IMG/VR virus record: IMGVR_UViG_3300012347_000336 | Reading direction: 5' to 3' (one strand) | Length of the DNA: 45,750 nt | Origin: a virus | Part shown: piece by piece, positions 33,601 to 41,030 of the stretch | How positions within the stretch are numbered: the stretch's first letter is position 1 | Layout of the letters: the number at the start of each line of letters is the position of its first letter | Notes under the pieces: model-generated | Databases searched by the model: none | Seen by the model: only the letters and a program-made list of their open reading frames with translations | What the model was told of the DNA's origin: nothing | Translations under genes and position numbers: made by a program

Positions 33601-36600
33601 ACTAAGCCCAACGAGGTGATCTATGACGAGGCGAAGATGGAGGGCGAGTTTGCCAAGTCCAGCTTCTACATCGACAACGACCCGATCAATGGCGCGGCTG
33701 CTCGCTTGTATGTTCAGAATTCACCGTTCGGCTTTGGCAACAAGGATTTTGACAGCGTCAACGAAGCGGTGCAGTTCATCCGCGACAACGCTGGCCGCAC
33801 GCTTGACCCTTCCATCAAAGAGTACGTGCCGCCTGTGCCGGACGACATGCGCACGCGCGTCATCGCTGGCGGTCAGGAAATCACCAGCAACTTGAGCTTG
33901 TACATCGAGCGCGAGGCCGATATCAGTTCTGGCCGCGTGCTGGGTGAAACCATTGGTTTGGACATCAAGCCTCGCACCTCGACGATCAAGGGTGTGAACA
34001 AGGTGGTGCAGCTCGATATGCTGCTTGAGCGTTTGAATCGCGACCAGCAGGCCGATGCCGTTGCGTCTCGTCAGTCTGCGATCACCGAGCTGGAGCAGTT
34101 GATTTCCAATGGCGTGACCGAGGCAAACGTCGAAGCGCCTGGCAGTCTGTACCGTGCTGAAATTCCAGAGGACGTGTTTGGGCGCATGCTTTTGTGGGAG
34201 GCACCCATGGGTGAGCAGTCCCCAGAGATTCAGGCGCTGTTTGAGGACTGGGGTCTTGAGCCGTTCAAGCCACCAGTGTGGGAGCCCATCGATGGTGGCT
34301 TCCAAATTGATCATGGCGTCAGCGGCAAGGTTGCTGTGAAAGAGCTCAAGCAACCGTCCGTTCAGGCGATCCTTGACCAGTACGGGTACCAGATTTATGA
34401 GGCTCCTGCTGGCAGTCCTGACGAGTGGGCTTTCCAATTCAAGGACGGGTCTGTGTCTTACTACAGCACGCTGACGGACGCCGAGGCTGTGGCCATCCGC
34501 GAGTGGGAGGTGGATTCTGGTGCTGAGGACGGTCGCTTTGCGTTCTATCGGCAAGGCAACCTTGCTGGCAACTATGCAACGCTGGACGAGGCTAAGGCTG
34601 CGGCCATGGACTGGTTGGGCGTGTCAGACTACACAGGCGAGTATGCCTACCGCTGGCTGGTCGACCAAATCAATTCAGGCGAGTATGGCGACGAGCTGGG
34701 CGACCCGATCATGGAGGCCCACTACGAGATCGCTACGCGTCGCTTCCCTGACGTTGAGCCAATTCAGGCTATGTCGGATTACGACCCGAGCCCAGAAGAA
34801 GTGGCCTCGATCATCTTGCACAACAACGGCGTGCCAGGTCATTTGTTCTTTGATGGCCAGTCTCGCGCTGCCGGTCAGGGTGCTTACAACCTAGTGGTTT
34901 ACGCTGATGACGTTGCCAAGATCGTTGATCGCTACGCACGCCAGACTGGTGAGCTGCTTCGCGCTACGGACAATCCTGCCGACATGGTTCAGGCTTTGCG
35001 CCTGTCGTTTGGCGAATCGACCGAGACGCTGCTTGATGCTGGCCGCGTTCGCATCGTTGCAACGCCAGATCAAATACCTGGCGGGCCGCATCCGGCTGAC
35101 GTCAAAGGCGCGACCGCACCGAACGGCTTGGTCTACATGGTGGCGTCTAACCTGAGCGTGGCTGAGGCCAAGGGCATGATGCTGCACGAGGTCGGCGTTC
35201 ACGTTGGCATGGAATCCATGCTTGGGCGTGAGTTGTTTGACGAGGTGTTGTCACAGCTTGACGACGCCATCTTGCGTGGTGAGGATTGGGCGCAGCGTGC
35301 CCGCGCTTCTGTTCCTGCCGACACGGCTGCTAGTTTGGTTCGTGAGGAGCAGTTGGCCTACTTGGTGCAAAACGCGCCGGAGCTGCCAATCGTTCAGCGC
35401 ATCATCGCTGCCGTTCGCGCTTGGGCTTACCGCACGTTTGAGGCTGCTCGTGGACGGTTTCAGCTCACCGAGGCCGACTTCCGCGCTTTGGCTGTGTCTG
35501 CCTTGCACGCTGCAGCACGCGCCGAGAAGGTAAGCGCTGAGGGCTTGTCGCCTGCGTTCTCTCGCGATCTCAAGCAAACGGCCACACGCGCGTTCCGTGA
35601 GTGGTTTGGTAAGTCTGAGCTCGTTGACGCTGCTGGCGATCCGTTGGTGATGTACCACGGCACGGCTGAGGACTTGGATGCTGTTGACCTTGGCCGCGCT
35701 GGTACCGCCACTGACATGGGCAACATGGGCACCGGCTTCTATGTCACGCCTGAGGACTTTATCGCCGAGACTTATGCCCGCATGGCTGGTGGTGACCGTG
35801 TTGTGATGCCTTTGTTTGTTCGCGCCGAGAACGTGCTCAAGCTGGGCACGCTGGACGAGAACTACATCACAGCCGTTACGCGTTTGACCGACGAGTGGGG
35901 CATGGCTGAGAAGCCTCAGTTCGACGGCACCAAGCAAAAGAACAAGGCATGGGCTGACGAGTTCGCGGCTGCGGCTCAGGCCCGTGGGTTTGACGCTGTT
36001 GCTGCCTACACGCCTGCTGGTGAAATGTTCCAGCTCGCTGTGTTCCGTGAGGACGCCGTCAAGCACGCCACTGAAAACACCGGCCAGTTCTCTCCAACTG
36101 ACAAACGCTTGCGCTACTCGCGTGGTGAGACGCCTGACAACGCTGGTGAAAACCCTGAGATGAAGGCAGCGGACGCCAAGGTGGCGCGTGCCAAGTCTTA
36201 TGCCAAGGTGCTTCGTTCTGCCGCTGACAAGCTGGACAACGACGCCGAGGCTGTGGCTGCGATGAAGTCTGAAATGCCGGACATCATGCCGGAGGAAATC
36301 GACGACTTGCTCGGCCGGTTGCGCAAGCAGGTGCAGGGCCTTCGTGGTGTGACGCGTTCTGTGCGTGACGCCATGGGCGCTGAGGATGCTGCGGCCAAGA
36401 TGCAAACTGAGGCCATGCGTGCGGCTGACATGCTGGCGAACAACTTGGAGATGGCTGCTGTCATCGAGCGTCGCAACGTGGCGCTAAACATGAACGTGCG
36501 CTTAAAGGCCGCGTCGTTTGTGAACCAGTACAAATCTAAGGGCTTGGACTTTGAGGGCTTTGCTGCCTTGCTGGTCGGCTCTCAGCGTGTTCGTGCTGGC

Positions 36601-38784
36601 GCTCGTGTGTCTGTCGATGCTGAGTACAAGGGTTTCCGTGGGGAGTTCTTGGGCGGCATGATTGCCGACATTGAGAAGCTGGGCCTCATGCGTGAGTTCG
36701 TGTCTGGCGTGTTTGACCGTGATGTGTACGACGCGCTGTGGCGCTTAGGCCAAGACAAGCCGGACTTGACCGGTCTGTCGCCTCAGGCGGTGCAGTTGGC
36801 AGAGATCGTCAACAAGTACCAGCAGACCGCTCGCGATCGTCGTAATCGTTTTGGCGCTTGGATTCGTGATCTGCAAGGCTACATCACGCGCCAGTCGCAC
36901 GACATGTTCAAAATCCGCGAGGCAACGGATGCCGAGTGGGTGGACTTCGTGAAGGACAAGCTCGACCTGCCCAAGATGATGCGATTGGGTTTGATCAGCG
37001 AAGTTGACCCCATGGGCTCGTTGCGTGCTCTGTACGACGACTTTGCTGCCGGTGTGCACATGAAGGCCAACCCGTTGGACGAGGACACGGTCGCCATGGG
37101 CAAGGGCTCGAATCTGGCGAAACGTGAATCTGTCAGCCGTGCCTTGTACTTCAAGGATGGCGTCTCGGCGTTTGAGTACAACCAGCGCTTTGGCATGGGC
37201 ACCTTGGCCGAGTCCGTTGTGACCGGCCTTGACCGCTCTGCCTCTGCTGCTGCGCTGCTCAAGACCTTGGGCACCAACCCAGAGGCAACGCTCACCCGTT
37301 TGCTTGACGAGTACGAGAATTCGCTTGTGTCTGACCCTGTCCGACGCGCCAAGTTCCGCGAGCGTCGTGGTGCTGTGATGAACTTGTTGGCTCAGGTGGA
37401 CGGCTCGGTGAACATTCCTGGCGATGTGACTGCGGCCAAGATCAGCTCGTTTGCCCGCTCTTGGATGAGCATGGCCAAGCTGGGTGGCGCGTTAATTTCT
37501 TCGGTGTCGGACTTGGCTGGTTACGCGGCTGAGCTGCGCTACTCCGAGGGGAAGAACATGTTTGAGGGTGTGCTTGACGGCATGAACCGACTGACTGAGG
37601 GCCGTGCCAAGAACGAGAAGGCCGACATTGTGTCTTCGCTTGGCGTGTTCCACGAGTCTGTGGCTGGCTCTGTGAGCGCCCGTTTTGACAATCCTGACTT
37701 GGTGGCTGGCAAGATGGCTGCGGCCATGCAGCAGTTCTTCAAGTTGAACGGTTTGAATTGGTGGACTGAAACGTTGCGCGACGGTGCTGCCTTGCAGCAT
37801 TCGCACTACATGGCGTTGCAGGCTGGCAAGAAGTTTGACGGTCTAGACCCAGAATTGCAGCGCTTGCTTACGCTCTACAACATCGACGGCAAGAAGTGGG
37901 ATTTGTTGCGTATGGGCACCATGCAAATGGCCGACGGTCGTGCGTACATGACGCCAGAGGCTTTGCGCACCGTGCCGCGTGCTGCGCTTGAGAACTACAT
38001 CACCGAGGTTGGCCGCACAGTCAGCGACGCGTCAGTGAAGAACTTGACCGACGATTTGTCGCAGGCTTTGCGCGTTATGGCCGTTGATCGTGCCCACCAT
38101 GCAGTGCTGGAGCCAAGCGCTCGCTCTCGTGCGTGGATGCTCCGTGGTTCACGCCCTGGCACTGTGCAGGGTGAGTTGCTGCGATTCATTGGCCAGTTCA
38201 AATCGTTTAGTGTGGCGATGACGCAGATGGTCTTGGGCCGCGAGGTCTATGGCCGTGGTTATGACACCGTGGGTGAGTACATCAAGAACGGGCGTGGCGA
38301 CATGGTTGGCTTGGCCTCGATGATCGGCATGTATGGTGCGTTGGGCTATGCCGCCATGGCTGGCAAGGACTTGCTCAAAGGGCGCGAGCCTCGTGACCCG
38401 ACCGACCCCAAGACCATCGTGGCCGCTTTGGCTCAGGGTGGTGGCCTTGGTATCTATGGCGACTTCCTGTTCGGCGAGTACTCGCGTATGGGCCGCACGT
38501 TCACATCGTCGCTGGCTGGGCCTGTGATCGGTAATTTGGACACGCTGACCGACTTGTGGACGCGCGTGCGCAACGGTGACGACGTGGCTGCGGCTTCATT
38601 TAAGGCGTTGCTGGACAATACACCGTTCTTAAATCTGTACTGGATTCGCCCGCTTTTGGACTACATGGTGCTGTTCCGCATTCAGGAATCGCTGAACCCT
38701 GGCTTCTTGCGCCGGATGGAGAAGCGGATCGAGCGTGAGAACGGTCAGTCATATATCTTGCCGCCGTCACAGGTAGCGTTCTAA
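30682..38784 (+). CDS. Giant polyvalent virion/ejection protein (2,700 aa; T7 gp16 position) with ParB-like and ADP-ribosyltransferase-like modules
   Basis: A single uninterrupted ORF with a GAGG RBS. A ParB-like box 'DGRIIGGNGRTLFIQRAY' lies at residues about 375-393. An ART-like module 'FREWFGKSELVDAAGDPLVMYHGT...GTGFYVTPEDF' lies at about 1637-1693. Gly-zipper hydrophobic segments occur near both termini. Confidence 0.85.
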   Translation: MTLYFDQGGTDRVTLQDIEPSFGTKMGAAVDEAWLESYGPTAVDWVNKKRQQGEPLSAVAAADKIKGSGLAVSLKPKDNEYTDAQLDVVLGRQRELTVAKDIRDRTPWDMGSAVRGVAMFGAGIADPVNLATAFVPWTRAVGAARGLEAARLSSSALTRFGGRAGLGAIDAGISTAALEPLYAGMRRSLGDDYDAMDSVANIAFGTAFGGGVLGVGGVGVDAFRQATGRALPSARFKGMSTDDIELVTGLEREIAAGMDARDVARVLETYSPEMRKSMGFPDADATLDVVVPPAGMVTGNDARVKVGEVYEPAQWAVVDADQLTATIDKADNQFRDRNRAAYQAELQTRANNLDPSLLLSVDNPLMDVGTPTIAVDGRIIGGNGRTLFIQRAYEIGKGEDYRAALLAKLTELGIDPAQAEGIKRPVLVRRFTRQVDVKKAAMLSNEGGSTAMSALEQAKVDAERLSNIRLEADADGNFNVAGNRAGIRRWLEAVPDGERNELMSADGMLSSAGLQRLRNASLFRAYGDSPVLERLVESTNVGSRNVASALARTVGVVADAEAGIGRGELYPLSISDDIRMAVEQFENLRQMAMPVDAYLAQQDALGDALTGEARLLLSVIGRHVASSRRIADVISGYYDRVQDLGNPSQADIFGDVMTPDKLRMLQDSIDEMESRMDNAAEVVEKVEPETREAAMRAGIAQMADGRVVDVEAIIKTDPAAGGTATAQDLQSAAARNQAPESLRVADFEASGAIDAENATAPKWSGVADAQAAMDEADAMLADTLKAGDQAFKYSRGEAPGQKKATVWQGTTARFAAEPNNPLGMFRWDKINSEFGEQAQAFGYGHYLAQQAWVSQTRYRQRLTERRLSQGRSYEVSDGAGGTMILNMITSAKAFTLADGTVVHRDQKNPAMAAKAAAIYQVREFGYEGAEISFRRRIQEIENSIANETSPSMAARMRGDLADVRVRLRAIYDVTKPNEVIYDEAKMEGEFAKSSFYIDNDPINGAAARLYVQNSPFGFGNKDFDSVNEAVQFIRDNAGRTLDPSIKEYVPPVPDDMRTRVIAGGQEITSNLSLYIEREADISSGRVLGETIGLDIKPRTSTIKGVNKVVQLDMLLERLNRDQQADAVASRQSAITELEQLISNGVTEANVEAPGSLYRAEIPEDVFGRMLLWEAPMGEQSPEIQALFEDWGLEPFKPPVWEPIDGGFQIDHGVSGKVAVKELKQPSVQAILDQYGYQIYEAPAGSPDEWAFQFKDGSVSYYSTLTDAEAVAIREWEVDSGAEDGRFAFYRQGNLAGNYATLDEAKAAAMDWLGVSDYTGEYAYRWLVDQINSGEYGDELGDPIMEAHYEIATRRFPDVEPIQAMSDYDPSPEEVASIILHNNGVPGHLFFDGQSRAAGQGAYNLVVYADDVAKIVDRYARQTGELLRATDNPADMVQALRLSFGESTETLLDAGRVRIVATPDQIPGGPHPADVKGATAPNGLVYMVASNLSVAEAKGMMLHEVGVHVGMESMLGRELFDEVLSQLDDAILRGEDWAQRARASVPADTAASLVREEQLAYLVQNAPELPIVQRIIAAVRAWAYRTFEAARGRFQLTEADFRALAVSALHAAARAEKVSAEGLSPAFSRDLKQTATRAFREWFGKSELVDAAGDPLVMYHGTAEDLDAVDLGRAGTATDMGNMGTGFYVTPEDFIAETYARMAGGDRVVMPLFVRAENVLKLGTLDENYITAVTRLTDEWGMAEKPQFDGTKQKNKAWADEFAAAAQARGFDAVAAYTPAGEMFQLAVFREDAVKHATENTGQFSPTDKRLRYSRGETPDNAGENPEMKAADAKVARAKSYAKVLRSAADKLDNDAEAVAAMKSEMPDIMPEEIDDLLGRLRKQVQGLRGVTRSVRDAMGAEDAAAKMQTEAMRAADMLANNLEMAAVIERRNVALNMNVRLKAASFVNQYKSKGLDFEGFAALLVGSQRVRAGARVSVDAEYKGFRGEFLGGMIADIEKLGLMREFVSGVFDRDVYDALWRLGQDKPDLTGLSPQAVQLAEIVNKYQQTARDRRNRFGAWIRDLQGYITRQSHDMFKIREATDAEWVDFVKDKLDLPKMMRLGLISEVDPMGSLRALYDDFAAGVHMKANPLDEDTVAMGKGSNLAKRESVSRALYFKDGVSAFEYNQRFGMGTLAESVVTGLDRSASAAALLKTLGTNPEATLTRLLDEYENSLVSDPVRRAKFRERRGAVMNLLAQVDGSVNIPGDVTAAKISSFARSWMSMAKLGGALISSVSDLAGYAAELRYSEGKNMFEGVLDGMNRLTEGRAKNEKADIVSSLGVFHESVAGSVSARFDNPDLVAGKMAAAMQQFFKLNGLNWWTETLRDGAALQHSHYMALQAGKKFDGLDPELQRLLTLYNIDGKKWDLLRMGTMQMADGRAYMTPEALRTVPRAALENYITEVGRTVSDASVKNLTDDLSQALRVMAVDRAHHAVLEPSARSRAWMLRGSRPGTVQGELLRFIGQFKSFSVAMTQMVLGREVYGRGYDTVGEYIKNGRGDMVGLASMIGMYGALGYAAMAGKDLLKGREPRDPTDPKTIVAALAQGGGLGIYGDFLFGEYSRMGRTFTSSLAGPVIGNLDTLTDLWTRVRNGDDVAAASFKALLDNTPFLNLYWIRPLLDYMVLFRIQESLNPGFLRRMEKRIERENGQSYILPPSQVAF

Positions 38785-38808
38785 AATCTAGGAAACACAG
38801 GAGTCGCA

Positions 38809-40788
38809 ATGACCGTTTCAACAACCACAGCGCGATCGGGCCCGTATGCTGGCTCCGGCACGACTGGCCCATTCACCGTAGGATTCCGCTTCCTCGAAAA
38901 CTCTCACATTAAGGTCGTGAAAAACGTGGCCGGTGTAGAGGAGGAGCTGGAGCTTGATGTCGACTACACCGTCACTGGTGCTGGCGCTTCGTCTGGTTCT
39001 GTGACGCTTGGTACCGCTTTAGCCACTGGCCAGACGCTGACCATCGTTCGCAACGTGCCGACGACGCAAGAGACGGACTATGTGGCTGGCGATTCGTTCC
39101 CTGCTGAATCTCACGAGCGTGCGCTTGACCAGCTCACCATGATTGCGCAGCAGCTCAAGGAGGAGGTCGATCGCTCCGCCAAGCTGCCGGTGTCAAACAC
39201 CGAAGATGCGAACGCCTTGGTGGCCGACATTGTCCGTTTGGCCGATAGCGCCGACGAGCTGGATGCTGTTGCTGCAATCGTTGCTGACGTGACCACCGTT
39301 GCTGGTGTGGACACTGAGGTCACCACCGTCGCCGGTATCGCTGCCAACGTGACCACGGTTGCTGGTATTGCTGCTAATGTGACCACGGTGGCTGGCAACA
39401 CGACCAACATCAACACTGTGGCTGGAGTCTCGTCAAACGTGACGACCGTCGCTGGCGTGTCTTCTGCTGTGACTACTGTGGCTGGCATCTCTGCGGCTGT
39501 GAGTACCGTTGCCGCTGATGGCGTTGACATTGGTGCGGTTGCGGCCATCTCTGTCGACGTTCAAGCTGTGGCCGATATTGCCAGCGACGTTTCTGCCGTT
39601 GAGAACATCGCGGCCAACGTGACGACCGTGGCAGGTATCTCCTCCAACGTTACGACCGTGGCTGGCATCGCTGCAAACGTCACGACTGTGGCCGGTGTGT
39701 CTGCTGCTGTGTCTACCGTGGCCACAAACATTGCGTCTGTAAACAGCGCGGCCACAAACATGGCTGCAATCATCGCTGCACCAACTGAGGCTGCAAACGC
39801 TGCCAGCTCTGCCAGCTCTGCTGCTGCAAGCGCTGCTGCTGCTTCTTCGTCTTTGGATTCGTTTGATGATCGCTACCTTGGCCCGAAGTCGTCTGACCCA
39901 ACGCTTGACAACGACGGAAACGCTTTGGTGACCGGTGCGTTGTACTACAACACCACCACGCAGACCATGAAGGTCTATGACGGTGCGAACTGGATCACTG
40001 CCACGGCTGCTGGCACGACAGCGATGAACGTCTACAAGTACGTTGCAACCGCTGGTCAGACAACATTCAGTGGGGCTGCTGCTGTCGGTGGCACTATGAG
40101 CTACACAAGTGGCAACATCATCGTGTTCTTGAACGGCGCTGCACTTGATAGCACAGACTACACGGCAACCAACGGCACAAGCGTTGTGCTTGCATCTGGC
40201 GCTGCGCTGAATGATGAAGTTGTGGTGGTGGCATTTAAGTCGTTCACTGTAGCTGACACTTACACGCAGTCTGCTGCTGATGCGTTGTTGGCTGCAAAGG
40301 CTCCGCTTGCAAGTCCCACGTTTACTGGTTTAGTTACGACTGCTGGGCAGATCAAATTTCCAGCATCTCAAAACGCCAGCGCTGACGCAAACACGCTGGA
40401 TGATTACGAGGAGGGGACTTGGACGCCCACACTGACTGCGGCAGTTTCCGCTCCAACAATTTCCTACGCTTTAAGAACTGGAACCTATGTAAAGATTGGC
40501 AGGATGGTTACAGTTTTTGCAACTTTGCGCTGGACATCTTTTAGCGGAGGAAGCGGTAATTTGCTCGTCAATAATTTGCCTTTTGTTGGGGCTTCAGATT
40601 CGGACGAGTGCGGAGGAGCGATAGGCTTGACTGTAAGCTGGACAACTGCTCCAACACAATTACAAGTTGATTCCACTACGGCTAATCTTTATCTCATGCG
40701 GAATACGGCAAACGCAAACAGCCCAGTCGGAGATGTTGGGTCTGGTCAATATTTGAATTTTTCAATTTGCTACACCACAGATTCTTAA
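38809..40788 (+). CDS. Tail fibre protein (659 aa; T7 gp17 position)
   Basis: A GGAG RBS precedes it. The N-terminal virion-attachment-like domain reads 'GPFTVGFRFLENSHIKV...DYTV...GQTLTIVRNVPTTQETDY...ESHERALDQLTMIAQQLKEE'. It carries 17 decapeptide repeats, the fibre motif 'GALYYNTTTQTMKVYDGANWI' and the distal 'LDDYEEGTWTPTL' domain. Confidence 0.85.
   Translation: MTVSTTTARSGPYAGSGTTGPFTVGFRFLENSHIKVVKNVAGVEEELELDVDYTVTGAGASSGSVTLGTALATGQTLTIVRNVPTTQETDYVAGDSFPAESHERALDQLTMIAQQLKEEVDRSAKLPVSNTEDANALVADIVRLADSADELDAVAAIVADVTTVAGVDTEVTTVAGIAANVTTVAGIAANVTTVAGNTTNINTVAGVSSNVTTVAGVSSAVTTVAGISAAVSTVAADGVDIGAVAAISVDVQAVADIASDVSAVENIAANVTTVAGISSNVTTVAGIAANVTTVAGVSAAVSTVATNIASVNSAATNMAAIIAAPTEAANAASSASSAAASAAAASSSLDSFDDRYLGPKSSDPTLDNDGNALVTGALYYNTTTQTMKVYDGANWITATAAGTTAMNVYKYVATAGQTTFSGAAAVGGTMSYTSGNIIVFLNGAALDSTDYTATNGTSVVLASGAALNDEVVVVAFKSFTVADTYTQSAADALLAAKAPLASPTFTGLVTTAGQIKFPASQNASADANTLDDYEEGTWTPTLTAAVSAPTISYALRTGTYVKIGRMVTVFATLRWTSFSGGSGNLLVNNLPFVGASDSDECGGAIGLTVSWTTAPTQLQVDSTTANLYLMRNTANANSPVGDVGSGQYLNFSICYTTDS
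39265..39774 (+). repeat. In-frame array of 17 x 30-bp (decapeptide, consensus TVAGIAANVT) repeats inside the fibre gene
   Basis: The 30-nt periodicity is visible directly in the 60-nt sequence lines 39301-39720. The units differ mainly at synonymous positions. Confidence 0.9.
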
Positions 40789-40791
40789 TTG

Positions 40792-40811
40792 GTCAAATTG
40801 GATTATTTGAC
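40792..40811 (+). other. AT-rich stem-loop just after the fibre stop codon
   Basis: GTCAAAT (40792-40798) pairs with ATTTGAC (40805-40811) around the loop TGGATT. There is no T-tract. Confidence 0.3.
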
Positions 40812-40832
40812 TGGAACACAAAGGAGATTTAT

Positions 40833-40970
40833 ATGGCATTAACAGAAACAAAAGCAATTGACAAAATCGAGATAGTCGGGATTGGCATTTTGCAAGTTCG
40901 TGAAGCAACAACCATCATGCGTGATGGTGCTGAAATTATTTTTACGATTACACATCAAACAGCAACTTAA
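40833..40970 (+). CDS. Truncated paralogue (45 aa) of the downstream 85-aa gene; possibly a remnant
   Basis: AAGGAG-N7-ATG. MALTETKAIDKIEIVGIGILQVREATTIMRDGAEII aligns at about 50% identity by eye with the N-terminus of 41031..41288. It lies in a 30-35% GC island. Confidence 0.45.
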   Translation: MALTETKAIDKIEIVGIGILQVREATTIMRDGAEIIFTITHQTAT

Positions 40971-40985
40971 CCACGAAGTTCATTA

Positions 40986-41006
40986 GCCTGATTGGATTGA
41001 TCAGGC
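40986..41006 (+). other. Stem-loop after the truncated paralogue, with a loop shared with the 40792 hairpin
   Basis: GCCTGAT (40986-40992) pairs with ATCAGGC (41000-41006) around the loop TGGATTG. Confidence 0.3.
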
Positions 41007-41030
41007 CAGACACAAACGAAAGGAAATCAA

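Noticed and set aside
35185-35202. 'HEVGVH' in the giant protein as a zinc metallopeptidase active site
   Set aside because: The spacing is HExxxH, not the canonical zincin HExxH, and I see no obvious third ligand motif. It may still be a conserved polyvalent-protein module, but a peptidase call is not supported by the sequence alone.
37311-37322. GAGAATTCGC 10-mer inside the giant gene matching the capsid-promoter tandem repeat
   Set aside because: It is a single short partial match within coding sequence, most likely coincidence.
39265-39774. Regular 30-bp periodic repeats that could be mistaken for a CRISPR array
   Set aside because: There are no spacers. The repeats are contiguous, in frame and translate to a decapeptide repeat inside the fibre ORF. 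No cas genes are present.
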